Below are positions 39,753 to 48,976 of a stretch of DNA of 64,000 nt, piece after piece. A program made the translations under genes and the position numbers. The notes below the pieces were generated by a model. It was not told where the DNA came from. It saw only the letters and a program-made list of their open reading frames with translations, and searched no databases. The stretch covers positions 704,001 through 768,000 of the forward strand of contig OZ253545.1 of NCBI GenBank assembly GCA_965262615.1. The letters are read 5' to 3'. This DNA is from Alphaproteobacteria bacterium (lineage in GTDB: Bacteria > Pseudomonadota > Alphaproteobacteria > GM7ARS4 > G965262615). Position 1 is the stretch's first letter. The number at the start of each line of letters is the position of its first letter.

Positions 39753-39787
39753 TATCTTTGAGATGGGAAAGAAGTTTAGATAAGTTG

Positions 39788-39816
39788 TTGACAACGGGAG
39801 GAAGAAGTGCTACATA
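39788..39816 (+). promoter_or_regulatory. Sigma70-like promoter for NYN copy 2
   Basis: TTGACA-N17-TACATA, the same hexamers as at 11789. Confidence 0.6.
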
Positions 39817-39822
39817 CCGTGT

Positions 39823-39875
39823 AACTACACCCTTTGGGGCAGCGGGTTCTCTCTTTGGGAGAACCCGCATTTTTT
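39823..39875 (+). ncRNA. Putative ~53-nt leader RNA with intrinsic terminator upstream of NYN copy 2
   Basis: AACTACA, CCC TTT GGG, GCA, stem GCGGGTTCTCTC TTT GGGAGAACCCGC, A, T6. Confidence 0.55.
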
Positions 39876-39888
39876 GTTTTTGAACATC

Positions 39889-40569
39889 ATGAAAACAATC
39901 GTCTATATTGATGGCCTAAATTTGTATTATGGGGCTTTGAAAGACACTCCATACCGTTGGCTTGATTTGAAGCTTTTATCCCAAAACTGGCTACAAAAAA
40001 CAAAGTACAAACAGTGCGACATTGTTGCCGTTAAATACTTTACCTCTCGTGCTATTGAGAAACCCCCTATTGTGCAAAATCAACAGAGCAGACAAAAACA
40101 ACGCTCAGATTTGCACAATAGGCTCGCACAAAAAAGGCATTTGGCTGCGTTAGAGTCTCACATTGAGGGATTGGAAATTATTTATGGAACTCATGTTCAG
40201 CACACCGCTTATGCTTATGCCAAGGAAACGGGAAAAAGAATTGAAATCTATAAAATTGAAGAAAAAGAAACGGATGTGCATTTGGCGTGTTCTCTTTTGA
40301 ACGATGCCTATATGGATTGTTATGACTGTGCTGCCGTCATGACCAATGATACCGATATAGCCCCTGCCCTTGCATTCATCAAAAAGCACCATCCTCATAA
40401 AAAGGTGATTATCTTAAATCCGTATATCTCTGAAAAAAGAGGAACGGCACAAAAGCTTGCAGAGAATTGCACTTCCTATGCCAAAATTCGCAAGTCGGTT
40501 CTTGCTCAATCCCAATTACCCGACCCCATTCCCAACACGAAATTGCACAAGCCAAAAAGATGGGGATGA
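39889..40569 (+). CDS. NYN (PIN/LabA-like) domain ribonuclease, copy 2
   Basis: VYIDGLNLYY, EEKETDVHLA and TNDTDI. SQLPDPI is shared with copy 1. Confidence 0.9.
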   Translation: MKTIVYIDGLNLYYGALKDTPYRWLDLKLLSQNWLQKTKYKQCDIVAVKYFTSRAIEKPPIVQNQQSRQKQRSDLHNRLAQKRHLAALESHIEGLEIIYGTHVQHTAYAYAKETGKRIEIYKIEEKETDVHLACSLLNDAYMDCYDCAAVMTNDTDIAPALAFIKKHHPHKKVIILNPYISEKRGTAQKLAENCTSYAKIRKSVLAQSQLPDPIPNTKLHKPKRWG

Positions 40570-40650
40570 ATTGTATATCGCTTGCGGAAATTATGGTGTT
40601 CTCACGCGAGGCATCATAAAGACGCGAGCCATAGGACAAGCATGAAAATG

Positions 40651-42708
40651 TCAGTTTTTACGGTCGCAATCTGTGCCAATGAAAAGAAGGGCTTTTTTAG
40701 CTTCCTTGCTTTCAAACCTTAAATCCCATCGTTTTTCCATAAAATCCAACAAGAGAAGACCGCGTTCTTCAATAGCCTCAGGTGTCCATTCTTCATACTT
40801 ATGAGCGACCTCAATTTCTGAATGTGACCCGTCTGAGTAGCCATTTCTGGTTTTTGTGCCAGCACCGTTGGTTCTTGGCTTTTTCTTGTCAGCAAAATCA
40901 GCATTCTGCAAAGAGCTGTTAATGGACATTGACAAAAGCAGCAAGTTTCCTATAGAGCCACTGTAAAATGGATATTTTTCCTCATCTACTGATGCAAAAA
41001 AGCTCTTCCAGCCATTTGTAGGCGTTTGAGGAAATATATGCTCTATAGACACCTTATCTTTAGGCGTTTTAAGCAAATCTTCCCACACTGGTTCTTTTTT
41101 CTGCCTATTTTGTGACAGTAAATCAAGCTCATATTCGTACAAGAAATAACGCAACCCATTCCAGCCATAGTAGCCGTTTTTGTCACCACTATTGAAGCGT
41201 TTGTCAATATGGTTGTAGAAATACTTGGAATTAAACGCGCCGTCACCATGAAAGAAGTCTTTCATCGCAGCATCCAGCTTCTGCTTAATTTTTGACAATG
41301 TGAGTTGCCCCCAATTTAATTCGCGTGATGCACTGTAAAATTCGCTGTCTCTGTAATTGCCGCGAACCTGACTCAAGCGAAAAACAATGAAGATAAACCG
41401 TTCTATATGCTTGAGGAGGTCTATCCTTTTTTCGGGGCTACTTTCATTCTTGAATAGAGACATTATCAGAGGTCGGAAATATCCAATTCCGATTCTGATC
41501 AGACAATTAAGGGCATTTTTTTCGTCACCTGATAATCCTGTTGCCAAATCAGGGTAGTGAGAATTGAACCAATGAACAGCTGACTCTTTTAGACTATCCA
41601 CATAATCCCTGATTTCATTTGGTGGCAGATAATCTGCCATGATGCCATCCTCAGCACTGCCATCATCACTATCTGAACGATGCTCTTCCTCATTTTTTTT
41701 ATGAATTCTCTGCGGCGAAAACTGCTCATCAAGCAAGAATCTAGTGTAGGCGTTGCCCCTTCTCCTTGAATATTGAAAATACATAATCCAATGGTCTTTC
41801 AGAAAATCATCATCATTTAATGGTCGTTTATCATTGCGACCAAGCTGGCGATACACTTCTTTCCAAGCACTATTTATTGCATCTCTGAGACTTTTACGCT
41901 CTGATGCATCCAGATCGTCTTCGGTGTAAAGTGTTGTCAGGTAAATCAAGCGGTTCTTGAGCAGCTCCAAATCAGACAAGCGTTTTCCGCGATTATTCAT
42001 CGTTTCAAATGCAACAAAAACATCAAACTCATCCTTAATCACATACTCGTTAAATAAAAACTTCTTTGTGATCTTTTTGTAGATTTTTTGCAGACCATCA
42101 GTGCCATATTTAGCATATAGCCCTTCCAGCTGCCCATCAAAATACAGTTTTGCATTTCGTAAATTTAAAGTGTAAAAGGTTTCCTCCATAGACGGAGAAC
42201 CATTTTCGTTGAAAATTTTATACCGAAGATATCTATAGCTTGGGTTGTCTTCCATATAGCCAAATTTATAGGTGCGATACCTATCACCTCTCGGCTTTGT
42301 CATAAACAAATAATTTTTTATGACTTCTTCTAAGTGGATGTTTTCCGTAATATAAATTTCACTATTTTCTCTTCCATCGTTTTCATCCTGCCTCTTTACA
42401 ACATTAATAAGGGATTGGAGAAAAATCACAAAAGTGGTCAGGCGTTGCTGACCATCCACTATGTGGCACATTTTGTATGAATATTCATCCACCAGCCAAT
42501 GCTCATAGCTAGTTTCTGCTACATCATTTGGATCGACTTCTTTCAAAGTAAGCACGCCAGTATAATGCGAGCGATTACTAGGTAGATTTATGAGGTCTTC
42601 CCAAAAGTCCTTAAAATGGCTTTCTTGCCAAGCATAACCGCGCTGATAATCAGGAATTCTGAATATCCTTTCCTTAAAGAGACTATCCAATGACTTCAGT
42701 TTATCCAT
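40651..42708 (-). CDS. GmrSD-like (DUF262 + DUF1524/HNH) modification-dependent restriction endonuclease
   Basis: IPDYQRGYAW, IVDGQQRLTT, FETMNNRGKRL and SIEHIFPQ...IGNLLLL...N. AT-rich. Confidence 0.88.
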   Translation of the reverse strand: MDKLKSLDSLFKERIFRIPDYQRGYAWQESHFKDFWEDLINLPSNRSHYTGVLTLKEVDPNDVAETSYEHWLVDEYSYKMCHIVDGQQRLTTFVIFLQSLINVVKRQDENDGRENSEIYITENIHLEEVIKNYLFMTKPRGDRYRTYKFGYMEDNPSYRYLRYKIFNENGSPSMEETFYTLNLRNAKLYFDGQLEGLYAKYGTDGLQKIYKKITKKFLFNEYVIKDEFDVFVAFETMNNRGKRLSDLELLKNRLIYLTTLYTEDDLDASERKSLRDAINSAWKEVYRQLGRNDKRPLNDDDFLKDHWIMYFQYSRRRGNAYTRFLLDEQFSPQRIHKKNEEEHRSDSDDGSAEDGIMADYLPPNEIRDYVDSLKESAVHWFNSHYPDLATGLSGDEKNALNCLIRIGIGYFRPLIMSLFKNESSPEKRIDLLKHIERFIFIVFRLSQVRGNYRDSEFYSASRELNWGQLTLSKIKQKLDAAMKDFFHGDGAFNSKYFYNHIDKRFNSGDKNGYYGWNGLRYFLYEYELDLLSQNRQKKEPVWEDLLKTPKDKVSIEHIFPQTPTNGWKSFFASVDEEKYPFYSGSIGNLLLLSMSINSSLQNADFADKKKPRTNGAGTKTRNGYSDGSHSEIEVAHKYEEWTPEAIEERGLLLLDFMEKRWDLRFESKEAKKALLFIGTDCDRKN

Positions 42709-42797
42709 AACACTCTATACTCTAAACATTTATTCCTTCATGTGCAATCTATTTTATGGTAAGTGGATTCGGGGCGAAATTGCCGTTTTTTCATCTT

Positions 42798-43730
42798 TTA
42801 TGTTATTTTTTGCCAAAAAATCTCAGCCCCATTGATTCCACTCAGTTGCAACAGGGTGACCAATCCGGTGGGTGAGGTGACATTGATTTCGGTGAGATAA
42901 TCACCGATCACATCCAACCCCACAAAGAACAATCCGTGCTGCCGCACAAACGAACGCACCGTTTTGACGATGGCATCATCCTCTGGCGTGAGCTCATAAG
43001 GAATCGCCGTGCCGCCGCGCGCGAGATTGGCGCGTCCGTCACCAGCAGACGGCAGACGGCTGAACGCTCCCACCGCCTCGCCATCAATCATGATGATGCG
43101 TTTGTCGCCGCTTGATTCAATGGCGGGCTCATAGCGTTGCACCATCACCGCCGTGCCATAGGATTGCACGAGGGTATCAAAAGCCGCCACGCCGTTGGCA
43201 TCATCGGGCGCAATGATAAAAATGCCTGCGCCGCCCTTATCATGCAAAGGCTTGAGAACCACCTTGCCATGCGCCGCGCGAAACTCCTCATAGAGTGTGA
43301 CATCGTGTGTGACCAGTGTGGGCGGCATCAATGATGGAAAAAAACACGCCGCCAATTTTTCAGGACAATTGCGCACCCCCACAGGGTCATTGATGATGCG
43401 AATGGAAGGATGATTTTTCTGCAACGCCTCCAGTAGCCATGTTGCCGTCAGATACGCCATGTCAAAAGGCGGGTCTTGCCGCAACAAAATGACATCACTG
43501 CGATGAAGGGGCAACACATAGGAAGATGAGGCGCGCCATTGTTGCTGCGTGTCATCAAAAGCGAGGTCACACCCGCGCGCATTGAGCTCGCCATCGCGCA
43601 TGGTGAGGTGCTGTGGCTCATAGGAGAAAAAAGTCGCATCACTTCGCCCAATGTGTTTGAGCAAAAACAGCGTGGAGTCGGTCTCATGATTGAGCCGCGC
43701 CAGACAATCCATTTGCACCGCCACCAACAT
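42798..43730 (-). CDS. gshB: Glutathione synthetase
   Basis: RQDPPFDMAY, RNCPEKL, RANLARGG and EINVTSPTG. Confidence 0.96.
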   Translation of the reverse strand: MLVAVQMDCLARLNHETDSTLFLLKHIGRSDATFFSYEPQHLTMRDGELNARGCDLAFDDTQQQWRASSSYVLPLHRSDVILLRQDPPFDMAYLTATWLLEALQKNHPSIRIINDPVGVRNCPEKLAACFFPSLMPPTLVTHDVTLYEEFRAAHGKVVLKPLHDKGGAGIFIIAPDDANGVAAFDTLVQSYGTAVMVQRYEPAIESSGDKRIIMIDGEAVGAFSRLPSAGDGRANLARGGTAIPYELTPEDDAIVKTVRSFVRQHGLFFVGLDVIGDYLTEINVTSPTGLVTLLQLSGINGAEIFWQKIT

Positions 43731-44482
43731 TAAAAATCAATCCGTTTGAGAACAGCCTCAGGCAGGTGACCAATCACCATCATAATCCACCGCCAGTAAT
43801 GGGGATAGTAGAGCACATTTTTTTTGCGCCGCCACGCTTTTTTGATGGCGCGGGCTAAATCTGCGGGATGTGCCACAGGAGTCGCTGTCGCTAAGTTCCA
43901 TGTCATGGAGCTGTCAATGGGACCCGCTTTGACGGTCAAAACGGGAATGGCATGAGGATGCAAGCGGGCGCGCAGTCCTTCCAAATAAACCGAGACCGAT
44001 GCCTTCGCCGCGCCATAAACATAATTGCTGGGCTTGCCGCGATCCCCCGCCACCGATGAGAGAACCGTCAAAGACCCCCCGCCGCGCTGTTCCAATGTGG
44101 CGGCAAAACAATGCAACAATGCAATGAGAGACGAGCCATTGGTTTGCAGCGTTTGGGTGAGCAGAGCGGCATCATCATTGAGGTCGCGTTGGCTGGGCAT
44201 CGTGCCGATGGCACAAAAAATGTGCATGGGCTGCTTGCCTAGCAGACGGCAACATTGATTAACGAGTGCGGCGTGCTGGTCATGATGCAACACATCGCTG
44301 GTCATGATATGAGTCTTGGCATGGGTGCGCAGTGTGAGGTCTTGACCAATGACGGTGAGGTCGTCCGTGTCTCGTCCCACAAGAATGATTTTTTGTTGCG
44401 GCTTGGCAATGGCAAAGGCAAACGCGCGCGCAAGCGGTGAACTCGCGCCCAGTATAATCCATCCGTGTGCGGCGGTGGTCAT
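43730..44482 (-). CDS. DprE2-like short-chain dehydrogenase
   Basis: ILGASSPLARA and SSVAGDRGKPSNYVYGAAKA. ATGA-coupled to the dprE1-like gene. Confidence 0.82.
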   Translation of the reverse strand: MTTAAHGWIILGASSPLARAFAFAIAKPQQKIILVGRDTDDLTVIGQDLTLRTHAKTHIMTSDVLHHDQHAALVNQCCRLLGKQPMHIFCAIGTMPSQRDLNDDAALLTQTLQTNGSSLIALLHCFAATLEQRGGGSLTVLSSVAGDRGKPSNYVYGAAKASVSVYLEGLRARLHPHAIPVLTVKAGPIDSSMTWNLATATPVAHPADLARAIKKAWRRKKNVLYYPHYWRWIMMVIGHLPEAVLKRIDF

Positions 44483-45774
44483 GTCAATTGCAGGCGGCGC
44501 GCCATGGTGGAGGAAAAAATACCATGAGGGTCGGCGGCGCGTTTGATTGTGAGCCATTCCTTGTGACGCGAATACATGGCGGCAAAGCCGCGCGGCGAGA
44601 GATAGTCATCTTTGGCGAGATACCACCGTCCCTGATGGTCAAGGGTGATGGCTTCCAGTTCGCGAAACAGCTCAGGGCAATGGCGATGATGCTTGATGTC
44701 CATCGCCAGCGTCATGCCCGCCATGGGAAATGACAACAAGCCGCCACTGCCGCGTTCTCCCAAGCGTTTGATGACCGCCAAAGGAACGACATGAGACGAA
44801 TCGCGCACCAATTGAACAATGCGCGCCAATCCGTGTGCGGCGGTGTCATGAGGCAGCACCAGTTGGCATTGATGAAAGCCGTGTTTGCCGTACCAGCGAT
44901 TCCAATGGGCAATGCCGTCCAAGGGAAAAAAATAAGAGTATAAACTTTGCCGCTTATTATTCCTCTTGAGGCGATGAAGCTCATAATACAATCGGTTAAA
45001 CAGGAGGGCAGTGGTGGCGTTCAACAACGCAGGATGCATTGGAACAAAGCGAGCTTGTGCGGGGGTGATGGTGGCGCGGACGCGATCGCGCTCATGGAAA
45101 GCCGATGAGCAAATGCCTCGTTCGTCATTCATATTAAACCATGCCACCTCGTAAGGGTGTGGTTTAGGATTCTGAAACCATGCCAGCATTTCCTGCAAGG
45201 AGCGCGTGGGGTGATGACTGACGCGCATGAAGGGCGATGAGATCTTTTTCATGACAAAAGACATCCGCACAATGATTCCCGTGAGTCCGCAGCCCCCAAT
45301 GGTGGCATGCCACAAAGAGGGATCGCGTGTTGCACGCAAATGATGAACCGTGCCATCGCTGGTCATGAGGTCACACTGACGCACATGGCAGGCAAAGCTG
45401 CCCTCGTTATGATGATTTTTGCCATGAATGTCATTGGCAAACGCGCCGCCCAGAGTGATAGCACTGGTTCCCGCCAGCACGGGAGGAATGAAGCCGCGCG
45501 GCACAAAGTGACGAAGAATATCGCGCATTGTCACGCCGCTTTCCGCCGTGAGCAGTCCGCTTTTGCCATCAAAAGACACAAAACGGTTGAGCTGAGTCAT
45601 GAGAACAGCCGCGCCGTCATCATTGAGACATTGGTCGCCGTAGCTGCGGCGGCGTCCGATGGGGAGCACGGATGGCGAACTCAGGCAGCTGGCGCATTGC
45701 GATTGCCGTTCAGGACGGAGCAGTGTCATGGCGGCGCGCCGATGCCGTCCCCAGCCGTGCATGACCCGTTTCAT
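44479..45774 (-). CDS. DprE1-like FAD-binding oxidoreductase
   Basis: GWG, RSYGDQCLN, TLGGAFANDIHGKNHH, SFPMAGMTLAMD and YLAKD. Confidence 0.88.
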   Translation of the reverse strand: MKRVMHGWGRHRRAAMTLLRPERQSQCASCLSSPSVLPIGRRRSYGDQCLNDDGAAVLMTQLNRFVSFDGKSGLLTAESGVTMRDILRHFVPRGFIPPVLAGTSAITLGGAFANDIHGKNHHNEGSFACHVRQCDLMTSDGTVHHLRATRDPSLWHATIGGCGLTGIIVRMSFVMKKISSPFMRVSHHPTRSLQEMLAWFQNPKPHPYEVAWFNMNDERGICSSAFHERDRVRATITPAQARFVPMHPALLNATTALLFNRLYYELHRLKRNNKRQSLYSYFFPLDGIAHWNRWYGKHGFHQCQLVLPHDTAAHGLARIVQLVRDSSHVVPLAVIKRLGERGSGGLLSFPMAGMTLAMDIKHHRHCPELFRELEAITLDHQGRWYLAKDDYLSPRGFAAMYSRHKEWLTIKRAADPHGIFSSTMARRLQLT

Positions 45775-46658
45775 GATGTCACGCCGTGCAGAATGGCAAG
45801 AAACAAAGAACCCCAAGTCAGTGTGATGAACAATAACATTCGGTCTTTGAAGAGCAAGGATGTGGGGTCACTGCCCTCATTTTTCATCAGAACACATTGC
45901 AGATAGCGCAAAACGCCCGCCACCACGAGGGGGATGGTCATGAACAATTGCGTTCCCACTTGCTGATTCACAATACGCACATCGGTGCTGTACACAATGT
46001 ATCCCGCCAGCAGAGAGGCAAGAATCACCGTGAGGCTATGATTGAGCATTTCCGCACTGTAGAGCGGGTTGGAGTCATTGTTTTTGATGACATCATCACG
46101 ACGCTTGGCAAGAACGATAAACAATGCCAGCAAAAAAATCACATTGAACAAAAACACGCTCACAGTGACATCAATGGGAAGCGCACCGCCATAGACGCGT
46201 AATAAAAATCCGCTGGTGACGCACAGCAGGTCGGCAATCGCCATCCGCTTGAGAAACAGACTGTAGCTGATATTGATGGCGAGATAGAGCAGCAAAAGCA
46301 GAATGAAGGAGCGTCCGACAAAATGTGCGGCGAGAGAAAAGCCAGCAATGAGCAAACACATCATTGCCAGTAGCACGATGGAAGGTGATATGATTTTTGC
46401 CGCCAGAGGGCGATGTTTTTTTTGTGGATGCCGCCGATCCATATCGGCATCACATAAATCATTCATCATATAGACGGCAGAACTGATGAGCATAAAGCTC
46501 GCCATGACCACCGCCACCAGCATTGATTGGGGATGCTCATAGGCGAGGGGCGTGCAAAAGAGGGGCACGAGGACAAAAATATTTTTTGTCCATTGATGGG
46601 GTCTGGCTAATTGCCACAGGGCGTAAAAGAGCTTACCTTCTGCGTTGTGCGTCATCAT
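45771..46658 (-). CDS. UbiA family polyprenyl-phosphate phosphoribosyltransferase
   Basis: RPHQWTKN, SSAVYMMNDLCD...DRRHPQKKHRPLA and KRR. Multi-TM. Confidence 0.88.
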   Translation of the reverse strand: MMTHNAEGKLFYALWQLARPHQWTKNIFVLVPLFCTPLAYEHPQSMLVAVVMASFMLISSAVYMMNDLCDADMDRRHPQKKHRPLAAKIISPSIVLLAMMCLLIAGFSLAAHFVGRSFILLLLLYLAINISYSLFLKRMAIADLLCVTSGFLLRVYGGALPIDVTVSVFLFNVIFLLALFIVLAKRRDDVIKNNDSNPLYSAEMLNHSLTVILASLLAGYIVYSTDVRIVNQQVGTQLFMTIPLVVAGVLRYLQCVLMKNEGSDPTSLLFKDRMLLFITLTWGSLFLAILHGVTS

Positions 46659-46714
46659 TGATGACACCATAGCAACAAACATAGAATGATACAAACAAGG
46701 AGACGAGTAACGAT

Positions 46715-48976
46715 ATGAGGATGCGTTTGTTACTGGTGATGAGTTGTGTCGCGTTGTCTGGATGTGCGACATTGTTTCCCGCGCAGTTATCTCTGCAGGA
46801 GCGATTGGCGATGTTTCCGCAGGACAACATTCCTGTGCGCGGCGAGGTGACGCTACGCTGGAATGAGTTTCAAGTTCCCGTCATTGAGGCGCAATATGAT
46901 GAGGATGTTCCGTTGATGCTGGGGTTGGTGCATGCTCATTTGCGTTGGGGTCAGGTGGCGTTTTTTCGGCGTGTGGCGAAGGGAAGGCTCAGCGAGATGG
47001 CGGGCCCGTGGGTCAATGACATTGATCACATCATTCGGATGTTGGGAATCAGTTCCGACAATGAGCGGTTGTGGCGCGCCATGTCTGATGAGGCGCGCGT
47101 GTGGATTTCGCGTTTTGTCAGAGGATTCAATTATTATCAGCAGCATATGATTAAAAATAATTCTCTGCCGCCGAGTTTTTCTCTTTTGGGCATTGAGCCG
47201 GAACCATTGACTCATTTGGATGTGGTCACTTTGATGCGTCTGTCGGGTTCGGACATCAGTTGGTTTGCGTTATTGTCGGTGTTGATGGGCGATGACCCTC
47301 AGCTGTCTGGGCAACGGGCGGAGGCATTTTGGCGACAATTGATTGAGTCCTACAGCGATGGTGCGTCGTTATCGGATTTGCGAGCGGCGCGCGAGGAGGA
47401 AGCATTGTCATTGCTGAGCGGTCTGTTTTCATCCTATGGACGGGTGGGCAGCAACAGTTTTGCCATTGCACCGAAGCGGTCATCATCGGGCGGGGCATTG
47501 CTGGTGAATGATCCTCATTTGGGTTCTTCGTCTCCCAATTTTTGGGTGATGGCATCCATTCATTCGCCGTCATACGATGTGGTGGGCTTCATGATGGCGG
47601 GCGTGCCTGTGATGGCAATGGGACGCAATCGTCATGTGGCATGGGGTGGCACTCATATGCGGGGCATGATGAGCGATTTGTTTGATGTCTCTGACTTGGT
47701 CGCGCGCCGGCAATTTAGCAAGGAGACCACCACCATCAAAACACGCTGGTGGTTTGATGAAGAAGTCACACTGCGGGACACCGATTATGGCATGATTGTC
47801 ACCGATTCGCCTCTGCTTCATAAGCCCGCAGGCAAGGATGTGGCACTGCGCTGGATTGGACAGGGAGAGTCCGATGAACTGACCACATTTTTGCGGATGA
47901 TGCGCGCCACCAATTCTACCGAATTTGAACAAGCCTTTGCCACCTATGCTGTTCCCAGCATTAATTATCTCTATGCCACCAAAGACGGTGTCATCGGCAA
48001 GCTTTATGGCGGACGCTTTCCCGACCGAGACGAGGAACGGATGTATCAATTTCCCAAAAGCATTCAAGAGGATGATTGGCGCGCCTTTCATGATGCGTTG
48101 TCATTGCCCATTGCGCGCAATCCAGAACGGGGCTTTCTTGTGTCCGGTAATGATGCGCCCGACAATTTGGGTGATGAGCGCATCGGTTACTTTTTCTCAT
48201 CTAAGGATCGCGTGGAGCGCATGGCACAAATGATTGTCGCCAAAGAAAAACTGAATCTTGACGATGTGCGTCACATTTTGTTGGATGTGAAATCGGAACG
48301 GTCATTGTATCTGGCATCGGTCATGCAGGCTCAATTGCAACGATGGGGCATCACCGATGAGCTTTTGGCGGCGTGGGACGGGCGTTATGATGTCAATTCG
48401 CAAGGTGCGGTGCGCTTTGAATTGATGCTTTACTACTTGGCACACGCGCTCTATGGCGATGAGGATGGTGACATTCCCCGATGGCAAAGACGCTGGACTG
48501 CCTTATCCAGCTCACTGGAGAAGGACATCAATGCCCTGCCAACGGAAGAACACAGACGCATCGTGACAACGGCATGGCAGCAGGCAAAAGAAAGACAAGA
48601 GGAACTGCCTCGCTGGGGAGATATGCATCGCATGAAAACGGGATATATTCTCAAAGCCGTTCCGGTGCTGGGGGCATTGTTTACTGATGGCGAGTGGGGC
48701 ATTGCGGGGTCACGCTCCACATTGTTCAAAAGCAGTCATAATTTGGTGGATGACAAGCATTATACCAGTTATGGTTCGCAATCGCGTCTGATCAGCGATA
48801 TGAGCGATGATGATGCCAATTACGCCATTCTCATCGGCGGACAGGATGGATGGCTCGGCAGTGCCAGCTTCAGTGACCAGACACCATTGTGGCGTGAAGG
48901 CAAATTTATTCAATTGCCATTGACGGCAGAAAAGCGTCGGCAACTCTTTTCCAATGTGATGCGCTTTGCTCCATGA
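46715..48976 (+). CDS. Penicillin acylase family (S45, Ntn-hydrolase) lipoprotein
   Basis: Lipobox LSGC, RRVAKGRLSE, GSNSFAI (nucleophile Ser) and NDPHL. Confidence 0.9.
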   Translation: MRMRLLLVMSCVALSGCATLFPAQLSLQERLAMFPQDNIPVRGEVTLRWNEFQVPVIEAQYDEDVPLMLGLVHAHLRWGQVAFFRRVAKGRLSEMAGPWVNDIDHIIRMLGISSDNERLWRAMSDEARVWISRFVRGFNYYQQHMIKNNSLPPSFSLLGIEPEPLTHLDVVTLMRLSGSDISWFALLSVLMGDDPQLSGQRAEAFWRQLIESYSDGASLSDLRAAREEEALSLLSGLFSSYGRVGSNSFAIAPKRSSSGGALLVNDPHLGSSSPNFWVMASIHSPSYDVVGFMMAGVPVMAMGRNRHVAWGGTHMRGMMSDLFDVSDLVARRQFSKETTTIKTRWWFDEEVTLRDTDYGMIVTDSPLLHKPAGKDVALRWIGQGESDELTTFLRMMRATNSTEFEQAFATYAVPSINYLYATKDGVIGKLYGGRFPDRDEERMYQFPKSIQEDDWRAFHDALSLPIARNPERGFLVSGNDAPDNLGDERIGYFFSSKDRVERMAQMIVAKEKLNLDDVRHILLDVKSERSLYLASVMQAQLQRWGITDELLAAWDGRYDVNSQGAVRFELMLYYLAHALYGDEDGDIPRWQRRWTALSSSLEKDINALPTEEHRRIVTTAWQQAKERQEELPRWGDMHRMKTGYILKAVPVLGALFTDGEWGIAGSRSTLFKSSHNLVDDKHYTSYGSQSRLISDMSDDDANYAILIGGQDGWLGSASFSDQTPLWREGKFIQLPLTAEKRRQLFSNVMRFAP

